Source: Macrostomum hystrix
Lineage: Eukaryota; Animalia; Platyhelminthes
Direction: 5' to 3'
Length of the DNA stretch: 64,000 nucleotides
NCBI GenBank assembly: GCA_950097015.1
Contig: CATNEN010000038.1
Location: forward strand, 9,920,001 to 9,984,000
A program made the position numbers and the translations under genes. Under the pieces are notes generated by a model that saw only the letters and a program-made list of their open reading frames with translations, was not told where the DNA came from and did not search any database. Positions 1 through 10,616 of this stretch are shown here, in pieces. The first letter of the stretch is position 1; each line of letters starts with the position of its first letter.

Positions 1-310
1 TGGTTAGAGAGTCGGACTCACGACTTGAAGGTCGGTGGTTCGATGCCCGACTCCACTGGAAGAGTTTGTGCCCTTTAGTAAGACCTGTAACTCTGTTTTG
101 TTTCAGTTCACGCAGCTGTTAAATGGGTGCCAGCATTAGCTCGGGTTATTGAGGTTGGGTGTGGTGTCCCCCCAGTCCATGGACTGAACAGCTGTACGCA
201 GCCTTCAGATGCGCTGCGCAATAGCTGCTGCTGCACATGTGGCCCGATTTAGAGCAGATGTGCATGAATTGAAGGACGTAATAAATTATTACATATTATT
301 ATTACTATTG
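1..310 (+). mobile_element. tRNA-derived SINE, family A (head truncated by window edge)
   Basis: tRNA-like head with B-box GGTTCGATGCCC, core CAGTTCACGCAGCTGTTAAATGGGTGCC, (ATT)n tail; homologous copies at 19.7, 38.8, 41.1 and 55.6 kb. Confidence 0.85.
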
Positions 311-2019
311 CAAAGAAACAACTAAAAATGGTACCATGGCGCTTCCATACAATGTTTTTGGCCGAGAAAAACTGAAAGCACGCACACAAGATCACCGGAA
401 ACGATTAAGGCAGCTGGAAAGCCAATGGGCTCGGTAAGCGCTTTTATCCAGAGGAACTACCTTCTGGAACCAGCCATGCCATTCATTTGCATTGTTAAGT
501 TTAAAGGGTGCCAGCATCCCTATCCGGGGTGCTGGACCCGTGCATCAGCGTATAATTTGCTCTTGCACCATTATATTTATTTACGAATGAGTTTGCGATT
601 AATTTAATTTATAAAACTTATGGTTCGAGGTATTATTGATGTATCTGATGGATTTTTCGAGATGAACATATGTGGAGAGTGTAACCAGAGTGTAACCAGC
701 CATGCCATTCAAAAATCAGACTACTCAAGTAGTGCAAGAGAGTGCGTGCAACTACCGAGAAATCTAATTTTCGTAACCGCTAAGGAACACAAACATTCTT
801 TATTTACTTAAACAGCTTATTTCAGAACTGTGGGAGCGAAAGTTGATTTCACCTCGACTAAACCTTTCGCATATTATATATTGTTGGATAGGGTAAACAG
901 ACATTTAAAAAAGTATCATTCAACAAAATTATTTCATTTCACGTTACGATTCTAGTAAAAGAAGCATGTTATAGTTCACTACTAAATATCGAATGCGGTT
1001 GGTTAATTTAAGTTGTCGAATAAAAGAAAGATTTACGCTTAGATTTCTTTTATCGTGCTTTTGTTGCGCTACACAAAAAACTGGGACCATTTTAAAGTTA
1101 AAATGACCCCGTTATTTTATACAGTGCACGTATGACGTTCTGAAATTTATGACCAACTTTATGTCGCTTCGTTTCGACTCGTCCCTTAAATTTTATTGAC
1201 AACTCTATACTTAAAGCAACTTGACATATGCAGAGTTTGTATGCTCAACTTGCAATTAATCTAAATTAAAATTTTACAAAACATTTTGCATACTTCATTT
1301 TTATTATAAAGTAAAAAATATATAACTACCAGACTATACAGATACTTCACTCATGGCTTGTAAGTAATCGAAATTATTCCAATTAATTGATCAAAAAGTT
1401 TCGTTCCAGTTTGTGCATCGAAAAAATACTAATTTGTTATCGGCTTAAAAATTATATTTGAGATAGACTATAGAGTTTAAGGATATCAAAAAGTAATAAA
1501 ATCCTGAATAAAATATAAAGATTTATAAATAAAGATGAAAGATAAAATATTTTCCAATTAGGCCTATCTCTTTCTTAGTTGATGCTCTTGTGTCGTTCAT
1601 CTGGAAATGAAAATATAGAATATAATGATTTCATCCATAACTGTTCATATTCATATTTAGACAGACATTGCTATAGCATGCTTTGATTAGCAAAGGGTTT
1701 TTCATCTACTAGGCCTCTATTTATATTTAGAACTTTATATATTAGCTGACTAAATTATGTTTAATAAAGGTCAATTAAGTCTTTTTAGCTTAAACTAAAA
1801 AAGAAATTTGAAATACACATTTTACTAGTACTTTGTAGTCAAATAGATAGGTTTCAGCTTTTTTGTGTATTACTAAATTGTGGAGTTAAAAGGTAATGGG
1901 TAAACAGAACACAACAAAATGAGAATAATAAATAATTTTCTCTATTTCTGGAATGATGCTATGCCATGCTCATTATGCACATGCACATGTAGCTACGTAT
2001 AGTTTGAAGTAATTTTATT

Positions 2020-2205
2020 ATACCTGCATGTTGCAGCTTTTGCGCGGTACATTGGAAAGCTGTGTACAATTCTTTAGTCCATGGACTGGGGAATGCCATA
2101 AATAATTCTCATATACCTCAAATGCTCGTACCTATTAAACAGCCTTGTGAACTAAAACAGCACAGAGTTAAGTGTTAAAGTGAACCCCTAACACACGCTG
2201 TAGTA
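2020..2205 (-). mobile_element. diverged SINE family A fragment
   Basis: Reverse complement of CCCCAGTCCATGGACT and of the core TTCACAAGGCTGTTTAATAGGTAC. Confidence 0.6.
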
Positions 2206-2283
2206 CTTCTTCAGCAATCCTGATGGAGAATGTATTGTAATCATTCAGCAGGCTACGCCAGCTCCTCAACTGAACTAGACGAC

Positions 2284-2436
2284 ATGGACCTGGCGCTGGA
2301 CATGCGAGAGGAGGACCAGAAGCAGCTGCTCACTTTCCTGCGATGCCGCAGATGCTGTGAGTTGGCCACAGACGCCGTGGACACCCTGTGCTGCCATGCG
2401 CTGCTGTGCGAGGCCTGCCTGCAACAGCTGCAGCGG
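2284..2436 (+). CDS. RING/SIAH-like zinc-finger protein, exon A (N-terminal half of C3HC4 RING)
   Basis: CRRC..CCH..CEAC followed by donor CGG|GTGAGT at 2436/2437, phase 0; start codon uncertain. Confidence 0.75.
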
Positions 2437-2529
2437 GTGAGTCTAATCCCTAATATCATTAATTCCCTGAATAACTCAGATCCTAAAAATCCCGATTCAG
2501 TCAAATTCCATGCACTCAAATCCTAAAAG

Positions 2530-3622
2530 GCAGGAGGCTAGTGGGCAATGGCACATCATTGGGTGAGACTAAGAATGAGGGGCGGATTGGGTAAGAATGA
2601 GGGGCGGATTGAGTAAGAATGAGGGGCGGATTGGGTAAGAATGAGGGGCGGATTGAGTAAGAATGAGGGGCGGATTGAGTAAGAATGAGGGGCGGATGGG
2701 GTAAGAATGAGGGGCGGATTGAGTAAGAATGAGGGGCGGATTGAGTAAGAATGAGGAGCGGATTGAGTAAGAATGGGGCGGATTGGGTAAGAAAGGGGCG
2801 GACTGGGTAAGAATGAGGGGCGGATTGAGTAAGAATGAGGGGCGGATTGAGTAAGAATGAGGGGCGGATTGAGTAAGAATGAGGGGCGGATTGGGTAAGA
2901 ATGAGGGGCGGATTGAGTAAGAATGAGGGGCGGATTGAGTAAGAATGAGGAGCGGATTGGGTAAGAAAGGGGCGGACTGGGTAAGAATGAGGGGCGGATT
3001 GGGTAAGAATGGGGCGGATTGGGTAAGAAAGGGGCGGACAGGGTAAGAATGAGGGGCGGATTGGGTAAGAATGGGGCGGATTGGGTAAGAAAGGGGCGGA
3101 TTGAGTAAGAATGAGGGGCGGATTGAGTAAGAATGAGGAGCGGATTGAGTAAGAATGAGGAGCGGATTGAGTAAGAAAGGGGCGGACTGGGTAAGAATGA
3201 GGGGCGGATTGGGTAAGAATGGGGCGGATTGGGTAAGAAAGGGGCGGACTGGGTAAGAATGAGGGGCGGATTGGGTAAGAATGGGGCGGATTGGGTAAGA
3301 ATGAGTGGGGGATTCAGTAGACCCGCAGCCAGCGACGAGGCAATTCTGCCCATTTCGCTGACTCCTGAGCACACGCGCACACATACCGTAAGCAGGCATG
3401 CACTCACACAGGTGTGAACATCTGCCCTGACTTTCTCATCGTCAGGCAGTGTGCACGCTTACTGTGCCTTGGAGTTTGGCCCTCAAGTGCGTAAATTGCA
3501 CGACAAGCCACCAAGCCTTCTCTCCGCGGCGGCGCCCCAAGTGAACGTGGCCTCGCCGCGAAATCGAGTTCAGGGACATTGGTGCGAAACGCAGACGCGA
3601 TAACGGCTCTGCCACTCACACC
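2530..3622 (-). mobile_element. tRNA-derived SINE family C, split by a minisatellite at 2567-3314
   Basis: Matches copies at 39.3 and 60.5 kb on both sides of the array; head on minus strand TGAGTGGCAGAGC...GAACTCGATTTC. Confidence 0.85.
2567..3314. repeat. 22-bp minisatellite (GTAAGAATGAGGGGCGGATTGR) with 20-bp variants
   Basis: Direct tandem periodicity. Confidence 0.95.
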
Positions 3623-3729
3623 TGACCATGTCTATAAACTACTTTTTAATATATTTTATAGCTATTGTAGCTTTTAAAAGTGTTACATGGCTAATAGCTA
3701 TGCAATAGGAGCTATACATTTGGCTACAT

Positions 3730-3935
3730 AGTGACGTTTTGTGAGCAAAAAATATGTCTATATTGGCGATTTTTTACACAAGACACCCCGACAAGAATCG
3801 TTGAATATCTCGACGATGTCGATGTTTTGTGATTCTGCAAGTTGTTTCATCGGATAGAGCGGGAAAGTTTAGCCCGTGTTCTGCATTTTCTTGACACGAT
3901 TGGTTGAGTATTTTTTGAGATACAGAAAATATGAG
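3730..3935. mobile_element. dispersed repeat family D (unclassified non-autonomous element)
   Basis: AGACACCCCGACAAGAATCGTTGAATATCTCGACGATG recurs at 46.8 kb and inverted at 16.9 and 37.5 kb. Confidence 0.7.
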
Positions 3936-4016
3936 AAATGCGATATATAAGGATTGGTATATTACTCATTGTCTTTAGATGCCAATTAACCAAAGACTTT
4001 CACCTGCTTCGATAAG

Positions 4017-4343
4017 GTGTGCCCAGACTGCGGCCGGGGCTGCAGCGGCTCGCCGAATCACCTGGCCAGGCGGCTGATTGGCTGCCAGCCGTGGCGCTGC
4101 CAGCACTGCGGCGCCGAGGGCAGCCGATCTGACGCGGCGGATCACCGGCGGCTGTGCCCCGGCCAGCGGCGCGAATGCCCGGCCCCCGACTGCCAGTTCG
4201 TTGGCTCGCAGGACGAATTTCTGGACCACCTGACGTCGCAGCATTCGACACAGTTGCTGAGCAAATTGGCTCTGTTGTTTGGCGGCGGAAGCGCGGCTCG
4301 CCCGGCCGCTGGTGCTCGCGGCTATCCCCAACGTCAGCATCTG
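4017..4343 (+). CDS. RING/SIAH-like zinc-finger protein, exon B (RING end CPDC plus TRAF/SIAH-type fingers)
   Basis: Acceptor ATAAG|GTG phase 0 joins LQR-VCPDC and completes the RING; C-x2-C..H..C and CP..DC..H..H fingers follow; 3' donor uncertain. Confidence 0.75.
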
Positions 4344-4470
4344 GTCAGTCGAGGCGTGCCGCTGTTATTTTCTCGTGAAGTGCTCGGCGATCCTTCGAGG
4401 TCTGGCCCTTTTAAAAAAGTCTTCTTCATGTCTCATTCACTCTACTATCAGTAGGCTGATAAGCAAGCAA

Positions 4471-4555
4471 GCTGGGAGTGAGATAGTCAGGGTGAGAATG
4501 CAGGGCTGGGAGTGAGACAGTCAGGGTGAGAATGCAGGGCTGGGAGTGAGACATG
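4471..4555. repeat. 34-bp unit x2.5, related to the 30-bp array at 6.1-7.6 kb
   Basis: GCTGGGAGTGAGACAGTCAGGGTGAGAATGCAGG repeated. Confidence 0.8.
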
Positions 4556-4640
4556 CTGATCACATCACATGAAAATGTGAGATGTGATTCTATGAAAAAA
4601 GTAATCGTAAGCCCCTGTAAAGAAGCCGCACCGCCCGCAG

Positions 4641-5001
4641 AACTTGGGCCAGCGAGACCGGGAAGGCCTACTGCTCGGGGCGGCTAAACGGGCCGCCCTG
4701 CAGCTGCTGCGATGGCAACTGCGGCCCTAGAAACGGCTGCAACTGCGTCGACTGCATGCGCCGCGACTTGGCCACCTTCGGCATTCGGCCTGGCGAACGC
4801 GCCCTAGTCAACAGGGAAGGCGTCATCTCCAGGCTCAGCCCGAGCACGAGCTTGTTCTATTGCGGCCGGCCTAACATGAGCCACGACCCAGAAACTGACG
4901 GTTTCTGCGGGCCCAACAACGGCAACAACTGCCACGCCTGCAAGCAGCTCGACAGACAGGCCCGCGACCGATACGCTGAAATTGTCAGGCTGTGGGACTG
5001 A
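4641..5001 (+). CDS. RING/SIAH-like zinc-finger protein, last exon with two YC..DG.CGP.NG.NC..C repeats
   Basis: Open frame TWASETGKAYCSGR..CCDGNCGPRNGCNCVDC..LFYCGR..DGFCGPNNGNNCHAC ending TGA 4999-5001; splice phase to exon B not resolved. Confidence 0.7.
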
Positions 5002-5027
5002 CCGCCTTCGTACACCCCTACTTTTCT

Positions 5028-5668
5028 GCCTGAACCCGACATCTCCCTGAACCCCAGCTCTCCCTGAACCCCAGCTCTTCCTGAACCCCAGCTCTTCCTG
5101 AACCCCAGCTCTTCCTGAACCCCAGCTCTCCCTGAACCCCAGCTCTCCCTGAACCCCAGCTCTCCCTGAACCCCAGCTCTCCCTGAACCCCAGCTCTTCC
5201 TGAACCCCAGCTCTTCCTGAACCCCAGCTCTCCCTGAACCCCAGCTCTCCCTGAACCCCAGCTCTCCCTGAACCCCAGCTCTCCCTGAACCCCAGCTCTC
5301 CCTGAACCCCAGCTCTTCCTGAACCCCAGCTCTCCCTGAACCCCAGCTCTCCCTGAACCCCAGCTCTCCCTGAACCCCAGCTCTCCCTGAACCCCAGCTC
5401 TTCCTGAACCCCAGCTCTTCCTGAACCCCAGCTCTCCCTGAACCCCAGCTCTCCCTGAACCCCAGCTCTTCCTGAACCCCAGCTCTTCCTGAACCCCAGC
5501 TCTCCCTGAACCCCAGCTCTCCCTGAACCCCAGCTCTCCCTGAACCCCAGCTCTCCCTGGACCCCAGCTCTCCCTGAACCCCAGCTCTCCCTGAACCCCA
5601 GCCCTCCTTGAACCCCAGCTCTCCTTGAACCCCAGCTCTCCTTGAACCCCAGCTCTCCTTGAACCCCA
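5028..5668. repeat. 17-bp minisatellite (CCCTGAACCCCAGCTCT)
   Basis: Tandem periodicity, starting about 27 bp after the stop codon. Confidence 0.95.
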
Positions 5669-6139
5669 TTCCTGACCAAAGCCCTGAATCCGTGCTTTCT
5701 GTCCTGTTTTTTTTATTTTGGAGTCGCGAGACCCTTACATTGAATCTAAACTCGTTTTGGATTGAGAAGTCAAATAATATAGTCAATCTTGTCTTCTGGC
5801 TTCTTATCAATCTTGTCAAATGTTTACTTCATTATTTATCGTCTTACGAGCGTAATTTAATACTCAGACCTGTGCTCTGAGCTCACAGTGTTTTTGGTCA
5901 TCCTGTGACTGTCGGTCATCCTAAACAGTCGGTGCAATGTTCTGATTAATTGCGCAAAAAGCTGCGCTTTTTCTCATCGAAATATTCATTTTCTCATATC
6001 ATGAATAATTGTTTGACAACCGATTTATCATTAGTTTAAATGAAATTATGACAAATACATTATCAGGTTTTAGCTTTTCATATTGTTTTCCTTTTTTCAT
6101 AAATTTAATTAATTACCTTCTTTTGCTGATCTTTAGTTA

Positions 6140-7586
6140 CTTTTTGGAGTGAGACAGGGCGAGACTGCAGGCTTTGGAGTTAGACAGGGTGAGACTGCAG
6201 TCTTTGTAGTGAGACCGAGTGAGACTGCATGCTTTGGAGTGAGACAGGGTGAGACTGCAGGCTTTGGAGTTAGACAGGGTGAGACTGCAGTCTTTGTAGT
6301 GAGACCGAGTGAGACTGCATGCTTTGGAGTGAGACAGGGTGAGACTGCAGGCTTTGGAGTGAGACCGAGTGAGACTGCAGGCTTTGGAGTTAGACAGGGT
6401 GAGACTGCAGGCTTTGGAGTGAGACCGAGTGAGACTGCAGGCTTTGGAGTTAGACAGGGTGAGACTGCAGGCTTTGGAGTGAGACAGAGTGAGACTGCTG
6501 GCTTTGGAGTTAGACACGGTGAGACTGCAGTCTTTGTAGTGAGAACGAGTGAGACTGCATGCTTTAGAGTGAGACAGGGTGAGACTGCAGTCTTTGTAGT
6601 GAGACCGAGTGAGACTGCAGGCTTTGGAGTTAGACAGGGTGAGACTGCAGTCTTTGGAGTTAGACAGGGCGAGACTGCAGTCTTTGTAGTGAGAACGAGT
6701 GAGACTGCATGCTTTGGAGTGAGACAGGGTGAGACTGCAGTCTTTGTAGTGAGACCGAGTGAGACTGCAGGCTTTGGAGTTAGACAGGGTGAGACTGCAG
6801 TCTTTGTAGTGAGACCGAGTGAGACTGCAGGCTTTGGAGTTAGACAGGGTGAGACTGCATGTTTTGTAGAGAGACAGGGTGAGACTGCAGGCTTTGGAGT
6901 GAGACAGGGCGAGACTGCAGTCTTTGTAGTGAGACCGAGTGAGACTGCAGGCTTTGGAGTTAGACAGGGTGAGACTGCATGTTTTGTAGTGAGACAGGGT
7001 GAGACTGCAGGCTTTGGAGTGAGACAGGGCGAGACTGCAGGCTTTGGAGTTAGACAGGGTGAGACTGCAGTCTTTATAGTGAGACCGGGTGAGACTGCAT
7101 GCTTTGGAGTGAGACAGGGTGAGACTGCAGACTTTGGAGTGAGACTGCTGGCTTTGGAGTGAGACTGCTGGCTTTGGAGTGAGACAGAGTGAGACTGCAG
7201 GCTTTGGATTGAGATAGAGTGAGACTGCAGACTTTGGAGTGAGACTACAGGCTTTGGATTGAGACCGAGTGAGACTGCAGGCTTTGGAGTTAGACAGGGT
7301 GAGACTGCAGTCTTTGTAGTGAGAACGAGTGAGACTGCATGCTTTGGAGTGAGACAGGGTGAGACTGCAGTCTTTGTAGTGAGACCGAGTGAGACTGCAG
7401 GCTTTGGAGTTAGACAGGGTGAGACTGCAGTCTTTGTAGTGAGACCGAGTGAGACTGCAGGCTTTGGAGTTAGACAGGGTGAGACTGCATGTTTTGTAGT
7501 GAGACAGGGTGAGACTGCAGGCTTTGGAGTGAGACAGGGCGAGACTGCAGTCTTTGTAGTGAGACCGAGTGAGACTGCAGGCTTTG
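6140..7586. repeat. 30-bp minisatellite (GAGACAGGGTGAGACTGCAGGCTTTGGAGT)
   Basis: Tandem periodicity with 10-bp sub-structure. Confidence 0.95.
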
Positions 7587-8295
7587 TTGTGATAAAAATA
7601 GCTGTGGTGGACTGGCTTTGGTTCTCGGCACGCATCTCTGTCGCTGCTTACGACTTGGCGAACTTCGAGTTCCAATTTTAGCAGTCGATCGTTGCTGAAG
7701 TCATGGTCGAATGGCGTGCAGCCTGGCCGGCGGGTTAGCCACCCGTGTGACAGCTGCCGCGAGTTTATGGCTTAGTTGGGGGGGATTAACTGCTCAGGAT
7801 GCCGGGGGTTTTCGGTGGCGCCAGTTTTTGGAGGCCACGAGCTGGGGCGCATGCAGTTTCCGGAGATGCCAGGTCCGGAGATGCTTTCAATGCCTTGGCC
7901 GTGAATTGATTCGTCAGATAGCTTTGAATTTTTTAGTGGGGCCTAAATTCAATTTCCTGCTCAGCAACAGCACTGCTGCACTGGCGTGGCAGGCTTCATT
8001 CAGGCCTTGAGAGACTCCCACGCCACCGTTGAATAGGCGGCATGAGGAGAACCCCTGCTCAGAATGCCTCCTCACCTTGGCAACCATGCAGCAACAGCAG
8101 CAGCGGCAGCAGCAGCCGTGGTCTCTTTGTTAGGCTGTCTGCGAGCCGCCAAGCGTTTGTTGATTGCTCAAGATTGAGTCCGATTAACTTTCAGACCTTC
8201 CGAATTGCGCCCGAGAGCTCTAGAGATCGTCAGGGTTTCTTAGCTAATGACAAAAAACCACAACTTCTTTTTATTATTTCATTTGAATCAGTCTC

Positions 8296-9460
8296 TACCT
8301 GAACCCCTGCCATACCCGAACTCCTGCCCTACCTGAACTCCTGCCCTACCTGAACCCCTGCCATACCCGAACTCCTGCCCTACCCGAACTCCTGCCCTAC
8401 CCGAACTCCTGCCCTACCCGAACTCCTGCCCTACCCGAACTCCTGCCCTACCTGAACTCCTGCCCTACCTGAACTCCTGCCCTACCTGAACTCCTGCCCT
8501 ACCTGAACTCCTGCCCTACCTGAACTCCTGCCCTACCTGAACCCCTGCCATACCTGAACTCCTGCCCTACCTGAACTCCTGCCCTACCTGAACTCCTGCC
8601 CTACCTGAACCCCTGCCCTACCTGAACTCCTGCCCTACCTGAACCCCTGCCCTACCTGAACTCCTGCCCTACCTGAACTCCTGCCCTACCTGAACTCCTG
8701 CCCTACCTGAACCCCTGCCATACCTGAACTCCTGCCCTACCTGAACTCCTGCCCTACCTGAACTCCTGCCCTACCTGAACCCCTGCCCTACCTGAACTCC
8801 TGCCCTACCTGAACTCCTGCCCTACCTGAACTCCTGCCCTACCTGAACTCCTGCCCTACCTGAACCCCTGCCATACCCGAACTCCTGCCCTACCCGAACC
8901 CCTGCCCTACCCGAACTCCTGCCCTACCTGAACTCCTGCCCTACCCGAAATCCTGCCCTACCCGAACTCCTGCCCTACCTGAACCCCTGCCATACCCGAA
9001 ATCCTGCCCTACCTGAACTCCTGCCCTACCCGAACTCCTGCCCTACCTGAACTCCTGCCCTACCCGAAATCCTGCCCTACCCGAACTCCTGCCCTACCTG
9101 AACCCCTGCCATACCCGAACTCCTGCCCTACCTGAACTCCTGCCCTACCTGAACCCTGCCCTACCTGAACCCTGCCCTACCCGAACTCCTGCCCTACCTG
9201 AATTCCTGCCCTACCTGAACTCCTGCCCTACCTGAACTCCTGCCCTACCTGAACCCTGCCCTACCTGAACTCCTGCCCTACCTGAACTCCTGCCCTACCT
9301 GAACTCCTGCCCTACCTGAACTCCTGCCCTACCTGAACTCCTGCCCTACCTGAACTCCTGCCCTACCTGAACTCCTGCCCTACCTGAACTCCTGCCCTAC
9401 CTGAACTCCTGCCCTACCTGAACCCTACTCCTCCCTAAACCTCAGCCCTTCCTGAACTTC
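8296..9460. repeat. 17-bp minisatellite (CTACCTGAACTCCTGCC)
   Basis: Tandem periodicity; shares CCTGAACCCC core with the 5.0-5.7 kb array. Confidence 0.95.
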
Positions 9461-9915
9461 CTCCCTGAAACATATTCCTCCGAGAGCCAAATACCACCCA
9501 GTACCAAGTTTCCCTGAACCTTTTAGGCAGGCCACACAACTGGCAGGCGCGTGCCAGACCACTCGACCCCGCCACAATGTAATTCTAGCCTAGAGTTTTA
9601 TTGAATAATTCCATGAAATCCTATCGCACCAAATCCTTGCGGGCTCGATAAAATGCCGTTGCGGCCACAGCTCAGATTCTTGAAGGAGGGGATTAGACTG
9701 GCTGGCTGGCATCTGACCACCTCATTGGACACAATGGACAGTTTTATTGATGGCCACACTCGCCACACTTTAGGGCTCCCATTCGCTGATGCCTCGTACC
9801 TGAGTCTAGCTCATAAGCAGCCCGCTAGGCTACTGAGCTGAGCGCTTCTCCAACACACGCACAAGACAGGCAGCCACCAGACCCCGCCAACAGGCCGCGC
9901 ACAAACTACTGGAAA

Positions 9916-10386
9916 ATGCGTCGCAACGACCTACTATTGCTCAGCCTAGCTGTTGCCGGTAAGTCTAGAGCTACAATTGTAATTTCGCCGTGTTTGCACC
10001 TGAACCCCGATTCCCGTTCTTATCTTCAAACAGCTCTCTGCCTCATCAGCGGCGGCGGCTGCTCCAACCCAGTCAGTTGGCAGCTGGACGACGAAGACTC
10101 GAGCCGCGTACCTCACCGCCTAGCCAATGTCGGCGTCGGCAGTGAGCGAGTCCGCCAGACCACACTGCCCCGCATTGGCCGCGAGCCCAGCAGCTACGAG
10201 GCGGAGCTTGACACGCTCGACGCTCTGGACAAGCGGGCGATGAGGCTAATGCGGCTAGGCCGCAAGCGTCATTGGGAGTCCGGCTGGGCGGAGCGGGCCG
10301 ACAAGCGGGCCATGAAGCTCATGCGACTGGGCAAGAAGTCCAGCGGAGGCTTCTACCGGCCCAGCTTTCGCTACGGGAAGAAGTAG
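9916..10386 (+). CDS. neuropeptide precursor 1, myomodulin-like (AMRLMRLamide, AMKLMRLamide, SSGGFYRPSFRYamide, possible QTTLPRIamide)
   Basis: Exons 9916-9958 and 10034-10386 (GTAAGT..AAACAG, phase 1, in the signal peptide); KR/KK cleavage sites with amidation glycines; AATAAA near 10525. Confidence 0.9.
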   Translation: MRRNDLLLLSLAVAGKSRATIVISPCLHLNPDSRSYLQTALCLISGGGCSNPVSWQLDDEDSSRVPHRLANVGVGSERVRQTTLPRIGREPSSYEAELDTLDALDKRAMRLMRLGRKRHWESGWAERADKRAMKLMRLGKKSSGGFYRPSFRYGKK

Positions 10387-10616
10387 ACCAAGGGTCGGCG
10401 ACAACCTTCTGCAGCTCCTGGCTGAGTCGCTTGTGCGAAACTCTGTTTAAAGACAAATTTTCACTGTCCGAAAGGCTTTGTTTTGTCCTTCCGCAATGGC
10501 CTAGGCGTGCAGCCCGGCAGATAAAATAAAATAAGTAGAAATGCAAATTGAGCCGACTTTGGCTTCAACCCAGTCAATGCGCGCCACCTTCGGCACCTCC
10601 AGTGCGTTTCATCTCA

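Noticed and set aside
336-440. Possible first exon MALPYNVFGREK..AR ending at GTAAGC
   Set aside because: Phase does not match any usable acceptor of the RING gene and no homology is recognisable
2556-5819. Minus-strand ORFs of 276-320 aa
   Set aside because: Translations of the 22-bp and 17-bp arrays
6133-7681. Long ORFs of 337-512 aa
   Set aside because: Produced by the 30-bp minisatellite and open in several frames on both strands
9959-10033. In-frame read-through of the neuropeptide intron as in the ORF track
   Set aside because: Canonical splice sites and an intron at the same position, not a multiple of three, in the paralog show it is spliced
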